A DNA stretch of 59,109 bases, the filler included. It is 2 parts of 2 records of this genome, joined end to end, with 100 filler letters (N's around TTAATTAATTAA, not from the genome) between each part and the next. Parts side by side here need not be neighbours in the genome. Positions count along the whole stretch, not along the records: positions 1 to 28,360 come from SRR20825006_391; positions 28,461 to 59,109 come from SRR20825006_396. One strand, written 5' to 3'. The notes below the pieces were generated by a model. That model made no database searches, was not told the DNA's origin, and saw only the letters and a program-made list of their open reading frames with translations. Positions 23,181 to 33,317 of the stretch are shown piece after piece; the first letter of the stretch is position 1, and every line of letters begins with the position of its first letter. Both the position numbers and the translations under genes were made by a program.

Positions 23181-24538
23181 GGCCCTGGTTCGCACGCCGT
23201 TTTGGTGTTCCCCGCCCCCATATCCACAAGCCGCTGGTGTCTCCGCCAGTGGCGCTGGCCGGCAGTTTTTTCTTTTTAATCGTATTGGGCGCGTTGCTGC
23301 TCAAGTTGCCCATCGCCACCCACTCGCCAATCAGTTGGTTACAGGCCATGTTCACGGCGACCTCTGCGGTGACGGTGACGGGCCTGTCGGTGGTGGATGT
23401 GGGCAGCCAGTTCACCTTGTTCGGCCAGTGGGTGCTGCTGCTACTGATCGAGGCCGGCGGCATTGGCATCATGACCTTTGCGGCGGCCACCTTGCTGGCC
23501 ATTGGGCATCGGCTGGGTATCGGTGAGCAGCAGTTGATCCGCGATTGCATGAACTACAGCCGGGTCAGTGATATCGCCTGGCTGATTCGCCGGATCCTGG
23601 TAGTGGTTGTGGTGGTGCAGGCGGTGGGCATGGCGCTGTTGATGTGTGTCTGGGTGCCCGCGCTGGGTTGGGGGCAGGGCACGTTCCACAGCCTGTTCTA
23701 TGCGGTGTCGGCATTCAATAACGCGGGCTTTGCGCTCAGTGCCGACAGCCTGTCCGGCTGGGGTGGGCACTGGGGCATTGTGCTCATCATTACCACCATG
23801 ATCATCGTGGGCGGGCTGGGCTTTACGGTGCTGGCGGATTTCGAAAAAGGTTGGCGCTGGCGCGGGTTGTCGCTGCACAGCAAGTTGATGCTGGTGGGCA
23901 CCGGGGTGTTGTTGGCGGCAACGCTATTGTTCTTCATGCTGGCGGAGTGGAATAACCCCGGCACCCTGGGTGGCATGAGCGTCAGCGATAAATTGGCGGC
24001 GTCCTGGTTTCATGCGGTGACGCCGCGTACGGCCGGGTTCAATGTGGTGGACATGAGCGCTCTGTCGCTGCCGACCAGCCTGTTTTATCTGCTGCTGATG
24101 TTTATCGGTGCGGGCACCAATTCCACCGGTAGCGGCATCAAGGTAACCACCTTTATGGTGTTGCTGCTGGCCACGCGCGCTTTCCTGCGTGGCCGGCCGT
24201 TGCCGGTGATCTTTGGTCGGCAGATTTCCTCAACGCTGGTGTACAAATCCCTGGCGATTACCTTTATTGCCTGCGGGGTGGTGTTTGTGGCGCTGATGGC
24301 GTTGTCGGTCACCGATGCCCGGTTGGGCTTTGAAGATCTCACCTTTGAGGTGGTCTCCGCGTTTGGCACCGTGGGGTTATCGCGGGGCATTACCGGTGAG
24401 CTGTCGTCAGCGGGGCAGTGGGTGATCATGCTGGTCATGTTCGTGGGCCGGATCGGCCCGTTGACGCTGTCATTCCTGCTGACCCGTCCGCGCCAACCGG
24501 TGGTGCGTTATCCGGAAGGCGAGGTCTACATTGGCTAA
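23177..24538 (+). CDS. ktrB: K+ uptake membrane subunit (KtrB/TrkH)
   Basis: Four pore loops: TSAVTVTGL, SAFNNAGF, TPRTAGF, SAFGTVGLS. Confidence 0.9.
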   Translation: MRPWFARRFGVPRPHIHKPLVSPPVALAGSFFFLIVLGALLLKLPIATHSPISWLQAMFTATSAVTVTGLSVVDVGSQFTLFGQWVLLLLIEAGGIGIMTFAAATLLAIGHRLGIGEQQLIRDCMNYSRVSDIAWLIRRILVVVVVVQAVGMALLMCVWVPALGWGQGTFHSLFYAVSAFNNAGFALSADSLSGWGGHWGIVLIITTMIIVGGLGFTVLADFEKGWRWRGLSLHSKLMLVGTGVLLAATLLFFMLAEWNNPGTLGGMSVSDKLAASWFHAVTPRTAGFNVVDMSALSLPTSLFYLLLMFIGAGTNSTGSGIKVTTFMVLLLATRAFLRGRPLPVIFGRQISSTLVYKSLAITFIACGVVFVALMALSVTDARLGFEDLTFEVVSAFGTVGLSRGITGELSSAGQWVIMLVMFVGRIGPLTLSFLLTRPRQPVVRYPEGEVYIG

Positions 24539-24556
24539 TGGATAACCAAGAATGGC

Positions 24557-25474
24557 TTACTGCGCGGGCAGATCGATCTGTTGGCGCTTGACGCGAATAG
24601 CGGTGCTGCGGGCCAGAATTTTCAGGCCCCGTGCTTCGCAGTGAGCGCGGGTAAAGGCGGCGCCGAACAGCAGGATCATGGACGAGTAGTACACCCACAT
24701 CAGCAAGACCACCAGGGAGCCGGCGGCGCCGTAGGTGGATGCCGTGGCTGTATGGGCCAGGTACAGGCCGATCAGAGCGCGGCCGACAGAAAACAGGATC
24801 GCGGTGACCAGTGCTGCGGGCATAACGGCTTTCCAGTTCAGCACCACATCAGGCAGCACCCGGAACATGGTGCCAAACAGCAGGCCGATCACCAGCAGGG
24901 AGACGCCCATCTCAACAGCCACCACCACGGCACCGTGAATGGGCAGCCAGCTTTCCGCATAGACGATAACGGCCTGAACCACCACGTTCAGTAGCAGTGA
25001 TACCAGCAGCACAAACCCCAGCGAAATGACCACGGTCAGCGAGAGTAACCGGCTTTTGATCAGGGCCGCGATGGTGTTACGTGAGGGGCGCGGCATCACT
25101 TCCCAGATGGCGTTCATGGAGCGCTGCATCTGGGCAAATACGGTGGTGGCGCCAATGATCATGACCAGCAGGCTGAGCATGCCGGCGAGCAGGCCCTGAC
25201 GCGGTGCCTGGGTATTGGCGATGGCGTTGCGCACCTCGTTGGCCGCTTCCGGGCCGATGGTGGCTTCCAGCTGGCCGAGAATTTCCGCCATGGCGGCGTC
25301 GCTGGTCATCACCAGGGAAATGACTTTGACCGCCAGAATAATCACCGGGGCGAGAGAGAACAGGGTGAAGAAAGCCAGCGAGCCGGCATAGCTAACGGCG
25401 TTACCTTCCAGCCACAGGCGCACCGTGTTTTTGAAAATGCCGAACCAGTAGAGCGCGATCTCTTTCATTGTCAT
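24557..25474 (-). CDS. YihY/virulence factor BrkB family membrane protein
   Basis: LAFFTLFSLAP, MNAIWEV, YGAAGSLVVLLMWVYYS. Confidence 0.88.
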   Translation of the reverse strand: MTMKEIALYWFGIFKNTVRLWLEGNAVSYAGSLAFFTLFSLAPVIILAVKVISLVMTSDAAMAEILGQLEATIGPEAANEVRNAIANTQAPRQGLLAGMLSLLVMIIGATTVFAQMQRSMNAIWEVMPRPSRNTIAALIKSRLLSLTVVISLGFVLLVSLLLNVVVQAVIVYAESWLPIHGAVVVAVEMGVSLLVIGLLFGTMFRVLPDVVLNWKAVMPAALVTAILFSVGRALIGLYLAHTATASTYGAAGSLVVLLMWVYYSSMILLFGAAFTRAHCEARGLKILARSTAIRVKRQQIDLPAQ

Positions 25475-25537
25475 CCCGGCGTCAGTGTCCTGCTGGCAGT
25501 GTAGCGACTGCCGCCGGGAGTGGCGAATACTGATGGC

Positions 25538-25951
25538 TTATTCCGCCGGCACATCCCAGCGAATGGTGACTGGTTGCCTGCCCCATTCCCGTGCTGTCTG
25601 CCGGTCTTCCATCAGGATGTCGATGTGATCGGTCCAGCGTTTGTTCATCTTGTCGAGCACCTGATAGGTGCCGGGCAGGCCTTCAATGCGGACTTCGGTC
25701 TGGTGGGTGAGCCCTGCCTTGATCAGGTCGCGGGATACGGCAATGGCCTTCATGCCAGGTTCCAGCTGGTCGCCCCAGGCGGCCAGGCCCACGTTGCCTT
25801 TCTTGGTTTCTGCTTCGGAGAGGGTGTACGCAGAGGCGCTGACTTCACGGCTGACTTCGGTGGTGTTGTAGCAGCCGGCAAGTGTGATTGCCAGTGCCAG
25901 CGTGGTGGCCCATTGGCTGAGGTGTAGCGAGCTTGGTAATGCGTTGAGCAT
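25538..25951 (-). CDS. 3D-domain lipoprotein
   Basis: Lipobox LAGC; ASAYT, IAVSRDL, VLDKM, IDILM, AREWG. Confidence 0.75.
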   Translation of the reverse strand: MLNALPSSLHLSQWATTLALAITLAGCYNTTEVSREVSASAYTLSEAETKKGNVGLAAWGDQLEPGMKAIAVSRDLIKAGLTHQTEVRIEGLPGTYQVLDKMNKRWTDHIDILMEDRQTAREWGRQPVTIRWDVPAE

Positions 25952-26022
25952 GGTTCCCCCTGTGTGGTGTCGTCGGAATCACACTGGCAGGAGGGTTGTG
26001 AAGATACCATCAAAACAGCGAA

Positions 26023-26044
26023 CAGGGCGCCGAATGGCGCCCTG
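26023..26044 (-). terminator. Terminator after ndh
   Basis: CAGGGCGCC-GAAT-GGCGCCCTG perfect 9-bp stem, T-rich downstream on the minus strand. Confidence 0.65.
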
Positions 26045-26076
26045 GGCAAGATGGATGTGGTGAGGGCTTGCTCGCC

Positions 26077-27369
26077 TTAGTGCAGCTTCAGCCGCGGGCG
26101 CACCAGTTTGTTGAAGCGCCCGGCGATGAGCAACATGATGGTGCGCGGCCAGCCGTATAGCGCGGCCTGGTGCATGCGATACAGACTGATATACATCATC
26201 CGGGCAAGCCAGCCTTCCACAAAGAAGTTGCCGCCTTTCAGGTTACCCATCAGCATGCCCACCGAGCTGTAGTTGGACAGCGACACCAGTGAACCGTGGT
26301 CCTTGTATTCGAAGGGTTTCGGATCGCGGTTCATCAGTAGCCGTTGCAGGCTGCGGGCGGTGTGCTGGGCCATCTGCTGGGCGGACTGGGCCCGTGGCGG
26401 GATGGGGCGTTCTGCCCCTTCCGGGATCAGGAAGGCCGCATCTCCGATGATGAAAATGTTCTTTTGACCCTTGGCTTGAAGCGACGGCTCCACTTCCACC
26501 TGGTTGATGCGGTTGGTGGTCAGGCCGTTGATTTGGCTGAGCCATTCCGGGCATTTCACCCCGGCGGCCCAGACCAGAAGGTCGGCCTTGATCGGGTCGC
26601 CGTCTTTGGGCACTAGTGCCTCGGGGGTGGCTTCGGCCACCATAACGCCGGTGCGCACTTTCACGCCCAGCCCTTCCAGACGCTTGGTGGCCGTGGCGGA
26701 GACCCGCTCGCTGAGTACCGGCAGGATACGCGGTGCCGCTTCAATGATATCCACCTGCAGGTGTTTGCGGTCCAGATGCTCGTGGCCATAAAAGTTGAGC
26801 ATGCTCACGGCATGGTGCAACTCCGCTGCCAGCTCCACCCCGGTGGCGCCACCGCCCACGATGGCCACGGAGACCGGTTTACTTTCATGGTTGGCGTGCA
26901 GGCAGGCATTGAGGAATCGCTCACGAAAGCGTTCCGCCTGGGCGCGGCTGTCCATGAACAGGCAATTGTCACGGACGCCGGGGGTACCGAAATCGTTGCT
27001 CTGGCTGCCGGTGGCCAGCACCAGATAATCGTAAGCCAGTTTGCGCTCCGGGAGCACTTCGCTGCCATGGGCATCGTGTAGAGGGGCCAGGGTCAGCGTC
27101 TGCCCGGTGGTGTCGACCTGGGTCAGGGTGCCGGGTTCGAATCGATAGTGGTTGAGCTGGGCGTGGGCGCGGTAATCCACCGCATCCAGATCTGCATCAA
27201 TGGCACCGGTGGCGACTTCATGAAAGCGCGGTTTCCAGACGTGGATGTTGGATGAATCCACCAGGGTGATATCGGCATTGCCGTATTTGCCGAGCTTGGC
27301 ACCGAGTTTGGTGACTAGCGGCAGGCCACCGGCACCACCGCCGACAACAACAATTCTGGGTTTGCTCAT
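26077..27369 (-). CDS. ndh: Type II NADH dehydrogenase
   Basis: IVVVGGGAGG, AIVGGGATGVELAAEL, WAAGV, PPRAQSAQQ, ends RPRLKLH. Confidence 0.92.
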   Translation of the reverse strand: MSKPRIVVVGGGAGGLPLVTKLGAKLGKYGNADITLVDSSNIHVWKPRFHEVATGAIDADLDAVDYRAHAQLNHYRFEPGTLTQVDTTGQTLTLAPLHDAHGSEVLPERKLAYDYLVLATGSQSNDFGTPGVRDNCLFMDSRAQAERFRERFLNACLHANHESKPVSVAIVGGGATGVELAAELHHAVSMLNFYGHEHLDRKHLQVDIIEAAPRILPVLSERVSATATKRLEGLGVKVRTGVMVAEATPEALVPKDGDPIKADLLVWAAGVKCPEWLSQINGLTTNRINQVEVEPSLQAKGQKNIFIIGDAAFLIPEGAERPIPPRAQSAQQMAQHTARSLQRLLMNRDPKPFEYKDHGSLVSLSNYSSVGMLMGNLKGGNFFVEGWLARMMYISLYRMHQAALYGWPRTIMLLIAGRFNKLVRPRLKLH

Positions 27370-27523
27370 GGGAAGTCCTTTATCTGAGACGGCAAGTCTA
27401 GCCTTTGGACATGTCATGTCCAATTGTCGCATGGTATTACGACTTGTTGGGGGCAGGGTCGCACTTCCGGTCTGCCCCGCGGCGCCTTTGCGTGAGAGGT
27501 GAATCTCCGCGTTTACAAACAAA

Positions 27524-27546
27524 GAAGGCGCCTATAAGGCGCCTTC
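27524..27546 (-). terminator. Terminator after pckA
   Basis: GAAGGCGCCT-ATA-AGGCGCCTTC perfect 10-bp stem followed by TTTGTTT on the minus strand. Confidence 0.75.
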
Positions 27547-27582
27547 CATGTATTGCCTGCAGCGTAAAGCCTGCGGCGTCCG

Positions 27583-28360
27583 TTACGCCTTGGGGCCGGC
27601 TGCACGGATCTCGTCGGACACATCGGCGTACTTGTCAGCGAAGTTCTTCTGGAACTGCTCTGCCAGGTCGCGGGCGCGTGCTTCGTAGTTTTCCGGGTTG
27701 GCCCAGGTCTTCTTGGGCTGCAGCAGGTTGCTGTCCACACCGGTAACGGCTTTGGGCACGTCCAGGTTGATGATGTCCAGGTGCTCGGTTTCCGCATTGT
27801 CCAGTTCGCCGGACAGGATCGCGTTGACCACGCCACGGGTAGTGGGAATGCTGAAACGCTCGCCTTCACCGAAGGGGCCACCGGTCCAGCCGGTATTCAC
27901 CAGGTAAACGGTGGAGCCGAACTCTTCCATGCGCTTGATCAGCAGCTCGGCGTACTCGCCGGCACGACGGGGGAAGAACGGAGCGCCAAAGCAGGTGGAG
28001 AAGGTGCTCTTGATGCCGCCGCCGGAACCCATTTCGGTGGAGCCGACCAGGGCGGTGTAGCCGCTCAGGAAGTGGTACGCCGCCGCTTCCTTGGACAGCT
28101 TGGACACGGGCGGCAGAACGCCGGTCAGGTCGCAGGTCAGGAAGATGATGTGCTTGGGCTCGCCGGCACGGTTTTCGTCGACTTTCTTGTCGATGTTTTC
28201 CAGCGGGTAGGCGGCACGGGTGTTCTGGGTGAGAGACACATCGGCGTAGTCGGCGGTACGGTTGTCGTCGATGATGACGTTTTCCAAGACCGCGCCGAAT
28301 TTGATGGCGTCCCAGATCACCGGCTCGTTTTTCTGGCTCAGGTCGATGCACTTGGCGTAG
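27583..28360 (-). CDS. pckA: PEP carboxykinase (ATP), C-terminal part, truncated by the contig end
   Basis: [51 protein letters not shown]. Confidence 0.95.
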
Positions 28361-28460
28361 NNNNNNNNNNNNNNNNNNNNNNNNNNNNNNNNNNNNNNNN
28401 NNNNTTAATTAATTAANNNNNNNNNNNNNNNNNNNNNNNNNNNNNNNNNNNNNNNNNNNN
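28361..28460. other. Artificial contig-joining spacer
   Basis: N-run with TTAATTAATTAA (28405-28416; stops in all six frames); genes are truncated on both sides. Confidence 0.98.
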
Positions 28461-28802
28461 GGCGACGGCTCCTACATGTTCGCCAATCCGGTCGCCTGCC
28501 ACCAGATCGCGGAGGCGCTGGAGCTACCAGTTCTGGTCATCATCATGAACAATGCCGAATGGGCCGCGGTGCGCCATTCGGTCACCGACATCTATCCCGA
28601 TGGCTATGCCGCCAAGGCCAACCAGATGCCGCTGACCGCGCTCAATCCCAGCCCGGATTTCGTGCAGGTCGCCAGAGCCAGCCGTGCCTTTGCGGCCAGG
28701 GTCAACAACGCAACCGAACTAACCGAGGGTCTCAAGAACGCCCTCGCCCACATCGCCGACAAGCGCGGTCCCGCGCTGCTCGACGTCACCATGCGCAACT
28801 GA
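28461..28802 (+). CDS. Thiamine-pyrophosphate-dependent enzyme, C-terminal fragment
   Basis: Frame begins GDGSYMF...IIMNN (GDG-x-NN TPP motif) and ends GPALLDV. Confidence 0.85.
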   Translation, partial: GDGSYMFANPVACHQIAEALELPVLVIIMNNAEWAAVRHSVTDIYPDGYAAKANQMPLTALNPSPDFVQVARASRAFAARVNNATELTEGLKNALAHIADKRGPALLDVTMRN

Positions 28803-28829
28803 AGCGCAGCAAAGAAGAGGAGGCCCTCA

Positions 28830-29363
28830 ATGCCCGAAAAAGCCGAGAATGAATTCTGGAAGGATCTGAAACCCATCACCAAGGTGTTCCAGCCCGATGC
28901 GCTGCCCGAGGTGTATCTGGCCAATGCGCCCACCGAGGACGAGCGCTACTACGTGCCCTTTACCGAGACCGTCTCGTCGCGCCCCTTGTGGATTTCACCG
29001 ACGCAGAACAAGTGGTGCGATATTCTGATGGCCAAAAAGGCGGGCCTAGTGAACCGGCACTATCACCCCCATGAGGTGTTTGCGCTGACCCTGTCTGGCA
29101 AATGGGGCTATCTCGAGCACGACTGGACCGCCACCAAGGGCGATTTCGTTTATGAAACCCCCGGCGAGGGTCATACGCTGGTCGCCTATGAGCACGAAGA
29201 GCCGATGCGTGTGTTCTTCACTGTCACCGGCCCGTTGATCTGGCTGGACGAGGATGGCGAGCCGAACGGCTTTTTCGATGTCCACAACTACATCGCCATG
29301 TGCCGGGAGCATTACGAGAAGGTCGGCATTGGCGCAGACTATGTGAATTCGCTGTTCCGCTAG
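28830..29363 (+). CDS. Cupin dioxygenase, 2,4'-dihydroxyacetophenone dioxygenase family
   Basis: RHYHPHEV, WGYLEHDW, YETPGEGHTL cupin metal ligands; GAGG RBS. Confidence 0.8.
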   Translation: MPEKAENEFWKDLKPITKVFQPDALPEVYLANAPTEDERYYVPFTETVSSRPLWISPTQNKWCDILMAKKAGLVNRHYHPHEVFALTLSGKWGYLEHDWTATKGDFVYETPGEGHTLVAYEHEEPMRVFFTVTGPLIWLDEDGEPNGFFDVHNYIAMCREHYEKVGIGADYVNSLFR

Positions 29364-29375
29364 GGTGGCCCCTTC

Positions 29376-29402
29376 CTACCCTCCCCCCAGAGGGGAGGGT
29401 AG
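29376..29402. repeat. Palindromic REP-like hairpin
   Basis: CTACCCTCCCC-CCAGA-GGGGAGGGTAG between convergent genes; same CCCTCCCC/GGGGAGGG core as 57195-57337. Confidence 0.6.
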
Positions 29403-29474
29403 TGGAGCTTGGGCGCCTTGCGCCTTAGCGAAACTCAGGAGGGGGTGCTGCGTGCTGAGCGAGCCCCTTCTCGA

Positions 29475-30926
29475 TCAGATCGGGTAGTGGATAGGGCCGT
29501 CCTGCACGGTGATCCAGCGCAGTTCGGTGAACTCGGCAATGCCCCAATTGCCGCCGAAGCGGCCATAGCCGGAGGCTTTGACGCCGCCAAAGGGCATTTG
29601 CGCCTCGTCGTGCACCGTGGGGCCATTGACGTGGCAGATGCCGCTTTCGATCCGCCGCGCCACGGCCAGTGCCCGATTGACGTCCTTGCCGAAGACGGCG
29701 GAGGAGAGGCCATATTCGGTGTCATTGGCCACCCGCACGGCCTCGTCGATCGAGCTGACCCGCACAACGGTCACCACAGGCCCGAAGGATTCCTCGGCAT
29801 AGATGCGCATGGAGGGGGTGACCTTGTCGAGCAGGGTCGCATCGATCAGCGTGCCGTCGATCCTGCCGCCGGCAGCCAGCACAGCGCCCTTGGCGGTCGC
29901 GTCCTTGACCAGTTGTTCGAGCCGCGTTGCGGCCGTGGCATCGACCACCGAACCGAGCGGAGTCTGGCCCGTGGTCGGATCGCCCGCCACCAGGGTCCTG
30001 GCCTTTTCCGCGAGCTTTTCGACAAAGGCATCGGCCACGCTGTCCATGACGACGATGCGCTCGGTCGACATGCAGATCTGCCCCTGGTTCATATAGGCGC
30101 CGAAGGCCGCTGCGGCGACAGCCTCATCGAGGTCCGCATCATCGAGCACGACGAAAGGCGCCTTGCCGCCCAGTTCGAGCAGAGCAGGCTTTAAATACCG
30201 CCCGGCCTTTTCGCCGATGATGCGACCGACGCGGGTGGACCCCGTGAAGTTGACGCGGCGGATTGCCGGATGGGCAATCAGGGTTTCGACGATCTCACTG
30301 GCATCCTGGGGGGCATTGGACACCGCGTTGAGCGCGCCCTTGGGGAGCCCCGCTTCAAGCAGGCTTTCGACGATCAGGCGATGGGTGCGCGGGCAAAGCT
30401 CGGATGTCTTCATCACCACCGTATTGCCGCAGGCCAGCGGCGTTGCCAGCGAGCGGACGCCCAGAATGACCGGAGCATTCCAGGGCGCCATGGCCAGCAC
30501 CACGCCAGCGGGCTGGCGCACCGCCATGGCGGTCGAGCCGGGGCGGTTGGAGGGCACGATCTCGCCCTTGATCTGGGTCACAAGGCTCGCAGCCTCGCGC
30601 AGCATGTCCGCACCCAGCATGACGTTGAACATGGCCCAGCCGGCGGTGGCGCCGATTTCCGCGCCCATGGCCTCGACAAAGAGCGGGCCTTTCTCCTCGA
30701 GGATCTCAGCGGCCTTGAGCAGTATCTTGCGACGCTCCCTGGGGACGCTGCGCGACCATTCGGGAAAGGCCGCAGCGGCGGCATCGGCGGCGCGCTGCGC
30801 GTCATCCACGCTTGCCGCTGCAGCGCGGGTCGCGACCTCGCCGGTGATCGGGTTCTTGCGTTCGAAAACGCGGCCATCCGAGGCCCGTTGATCTTCATTG
30901 CCAATGAGCAAGCCCAACTGGTCCAT
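29475..30926 (-). CDS. Aldehyde dehydrogenase (vanillin/salicylaldehyde dehydrogenase-like)
   Basis: APWNAP, FTGSTRVG, LELGGK, NQGQICMSTER, EESFGP, HDEAQMPFGG. Confidence 0.88.
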   Translation of the reverse strand: MDQLGLLIGNEDQRASDGRVFERKNPITGEVATRAAAASVDDAQRAADAAAAAFPEWSRSVPRERRKILLKAAEILEEKGPLFVEAMGAEIGATAGWAMFNVMLGADMLREAASLVTQIKGEIVPSNRPGSTAMAVRQPAGVVLAMAPWNAPVILGVRSLATPLACGNTVVMKTSELCPRTHRLIVESLLEAGLPKGALNAVSNAPQDASEIVETLIAHPAIRRVNFTGSTRVGRIIGEKAGRYLKPALLELGGKAPFVVLDDADLDEAVAAAAFGAYMNQGQICMSTERIVVMDSVADAFVEKLAEKARTLVAGDPTTGQTPLGSVVDATAATRLEQLVKDATAKGAVLAAGGRIDGTLIDATLLDKVTPSMRIYAEESFGPVVTVVRVSSIDEAVRVANDTEYGLSSAVFGKDVNRALAVARRIESGICHVNGPTVHDEAQMPFGGVKASGYGRFGGNWGIAEFTELRWITVQDGPIHYPI

Positions 30927-30950
30927 TGCCCTTCTCCTTCTACTATCGTG

Positions 30951-31667
30951 TCAAGCGGCTGCGCCGCCCAGGAAAGCCTGTTGCACTGCCTTGTCGGTCT
31001 TGAGCGCCTCGGCAGAATTTTCACCAACAATGCGGCCGGCCTCCATGAGGTAGCCGCGATCGGAAATCGACAGAGAGATCGACACATTCTGTTCGACCAG
31101 CAGCAGCCCGACGCCCGTCTCCCTGACGCGCCGGAGCGCCCCGAAGAGTTCGGTGACGACGATGGGCGCAAGGCCCAGGCTTGGCTCGTCGAGCATGAGA
31201 AAGCGCGGATTGCTCATCAGGGCGCGGCCAATGGCCACCATCTGCTGCTCGCCCCCCGACATGGTGCGCACGAGCTGGTTCTTGCGTTCCGCAAGGCGCG
31301 GAAACAGATCGTAGATCAGGCCATTGCGATCAGCCTCGCTGGCGCGGGCGCGTCTGGGATTAGCGCCAAGAGCCAGGTTTTCCTCCACGCTCAAATCGCC
31401 GAACACACCACGCCCTTCGGGCACGAGGGCAATGCCTGCCTCAGGGATGAGATGGGGTCTGGTGCCCAGAATGGACCGGTCATCAAGCCGGACGTCGGAG
31501 CCTTTTTCGGCCCTGGCCAGGCCGGAAATGGCCTTGAGCAACGAGGACTTGCCGGCGCCATTGGCACCCAGGATAACCACGGTTTCGCCTTCGGCGATAC
31601 GGATGGAAATATCGTTGAGCGCCAGGTGCCGGCCATAGCGCAGCGACAGATTGCGGGTCTCAAGCAT
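30951..31667 (-). CDS. LIV-type ABC transporter ATPase (LivF-like)
   Basis: GANGAGKS, MSGGEQQM, LDEPSLGLAP. Confidence 0.9.
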   Translation of the reverse strand: MLETRNLSLRYGRHLALNDISIRIAEGETVVILGANGAGKSSLLKAISGLARAEKGSDVRLDDRSILGTRPHLIPEAGIALVPEGRGVFGDLSVEENLALGANPRRARASEADRNGLIYDLFPRLAERKNQLVRTMSGGEQQMVAIGRALMSNPRFLMLDEPSLGLAPIVVTELFGALRRVRETGVGLLLVEQNVSISLSISDRGYLMEAGRIVGENSAEALKTDKAVQQAFLGGAAA

Positions 31668-32388
31668 GGCCGTCTCCCAGATAGGCCGAGATTACGGCCG
31701 GATCCGCCAGCACATCGGCGGTCGGGCCATCGGCAATTTTGCTGCCCACATTCATCACCACGGCGCGGCTGCACAGCGCCCGCACCGCTTCCATGATGTG
31801 TTCGACCAAGAGCACGGTCATGCCACGCTGGCCAAGCGAGGTGATGAGGTCGATGCCGGTGCGCAATTCTGTCGGGTTGAGGCCCGAGAGCCATTCATCG
31901 AGCAGCAGCAGGCGCGGCTCGGCGGCGAGGGCTCGGGCCAGCTCCATGCGCTTCTGGTCGATATAGGTAAGGTCATTGGCGTGTTCGTCGCCACGGCCAC
32001 CCAGGCCCACTTCGGCCAGCAATTGCTCGGCCCGGTGCCGCGCCTCCTTGCCCCAGAGGTGGTCGGGACGAAAGGCGAGAGCGGCAATGACGTTTTCGGC
32101 CACGGTGAGCGAAGGCAGGATGCGCACGAGCTGGAAGGTGCGCGCCACGCCCTTGTGGGCGATGCGATTGGGCGCCAGACCGCCGATGTTTTCTCCGGCC
32201 AGGGTAATGCCACCCGAGGTCGGTGCGAGGGCACCCGATATCATGTTGAGCACAGTGGTCTTGCCCGAGCCATTGGGGCCGAGCAGGGCAACAGTTTCCC
32301 CTTCAGCGACGGAGAAAGTCACCGCGTTGACGGCGGTCAGCCCGCCAAACTGCTTTTTGAGGTTCTGGATGTCGACAAGCGTGGTCAT
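31660..32388 (-). CDS. LIV-type ABC transporter ATPase (LivG-like)
   Basis: FGGLTAV, GPNGSGKT, ARTFQ, LLLLDE; ATG at 32388. Confidence 0.9.
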   Translation of the reverse strand: MTTLVDIQNLKKQFGGLTAVNAVTFSVAEGETVALLGPNGSGKTTVLNMISGALAPTSGGITLAGENIGGLAPNRIAHKGVARTFQLVRILPSLTVAENVIAALAFRPDHLWGKEARHRAEQLLAEVGLGGRGDEHANDLTYIDQKRMELARALAAEPRLLLLDEWLSGLNPTELRTGIDLITSLGQRGMTVLLVEHIMEAVRALCSRAVVMNVGSKIADGPTADVLADPAVISAYLGDGHA

Positions 32389-33317
32389 CAGGCTGCCTCC
32401 CCCCTGCGCATGCGCTTTACGAGGTCTTCCACCCCCGCGAGCACGCCGCGCGGCACCACGAAGACGATGGCAATGAACATCAGGCCCAGAATGATCGAAT
32501 AGTGACTGGGGAAATTGGCGCTGAGCCATTCAAACAGCAGGAATAGCGGGATTGCCCCCAGCGCCGGGCCCCAGAGCCGATTGGCGCCGCCCAGCAGGGC
32601 CATGATGAGGGTGAGGAAGGAAATGGTCGGGTTAAAGACGATCGAGGGCTCGACATAGGTCCAGCGTGGCGCCTGGATGGCCCCGACCAGGGTGATGATG
32701 GTGGCACTGACCGCAAAGAGGGCAAGCTTGACCCCGGCTATGTTGATGCCGGTATGGGCCGCCACGGTTTCATCGTCACCGATGACCTTGAGCGCCAGGC
32801 CCAGCCGGGAGCGCGAGATGAACCAACCGATGGCAACGGTGATGGCGGCCAGCCCCAGCAATTGCCAATAGATCTGCTCGGCGGTGATGGGCAGGAAGAT
32901 GTAGCGCCCCAGCGTGCCGGTAATGTTGACCTCGTACCAGGTGACGAGCTGGCGGATCAGTTCGGCCAGGCCGAAGGTGAAGATGACGAAATAGACGCCG
33001 GCCAGGCGCAAGGTGGCGAGCCCGACCACCAGCGCGATGGCGAGGCCGATGGCGGCAGCGACCAGCAGCACCGCCCAATAGGGCAGCGTCTCGCTGAGCA
33101 CGGCGACCGTATAAGCGCCGATGCCGAAGAAGGCGACCGTGGCGAGAGACACATAGCGGGTGGGGCCGGAGAACAGCGCCCAGGCGCTGGCGAGCACGAC
33201 ATAGCCGGTCATGCCCAGCAACAGGCCCACGCCATAGGCGCCAAGCTGGGTCGGCAGAAAGGCCAGGGCAGCCAGGCCCAGGGCAACAAGAACAATGGCA
33301 AGAATGGTGCGGGTCAT
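32388..33317 (-). CDS. LIV-type ABC permease (LivM-like)
   Basis: LRLAGVYFVIFT, SRLGLALKVIGDDE, LLGG; hydrophobic. Confidence 0.88.
   Translation of the reverse strand: MTRTILAIVLVALGLAALAFLPTQLGAYGVGLLLGMTGYVVLASAWALFSGPTRYVSLATVAFFGIGAYTVAVLSETLPYWAVLLVAAAIGLAIALVVGLATLRLAGVYFVIFTFGLAELIRQLVTWYEVNITGTLGRYIFLPITAEQIYWQLLGLAAITVAIGWFISRSRLGLALKVIGDDETVAAHTGINIAGVKLALFAVSATIITLVGAIQAPRWTYVEPSIVFNPTISFLTLIMALLGGANRLWGPALGAIPLFLLFEWLSANFPSHYSIILGLMFIAIVFVVPRGVLAGVEDLVKRMRRGEAA

Noticed and set aside
28405-28416. TTAATTAATTAA palindrome as a biological site
   Set aside because: Embedded in Ns; a standard synthetic six-frame stop linker.
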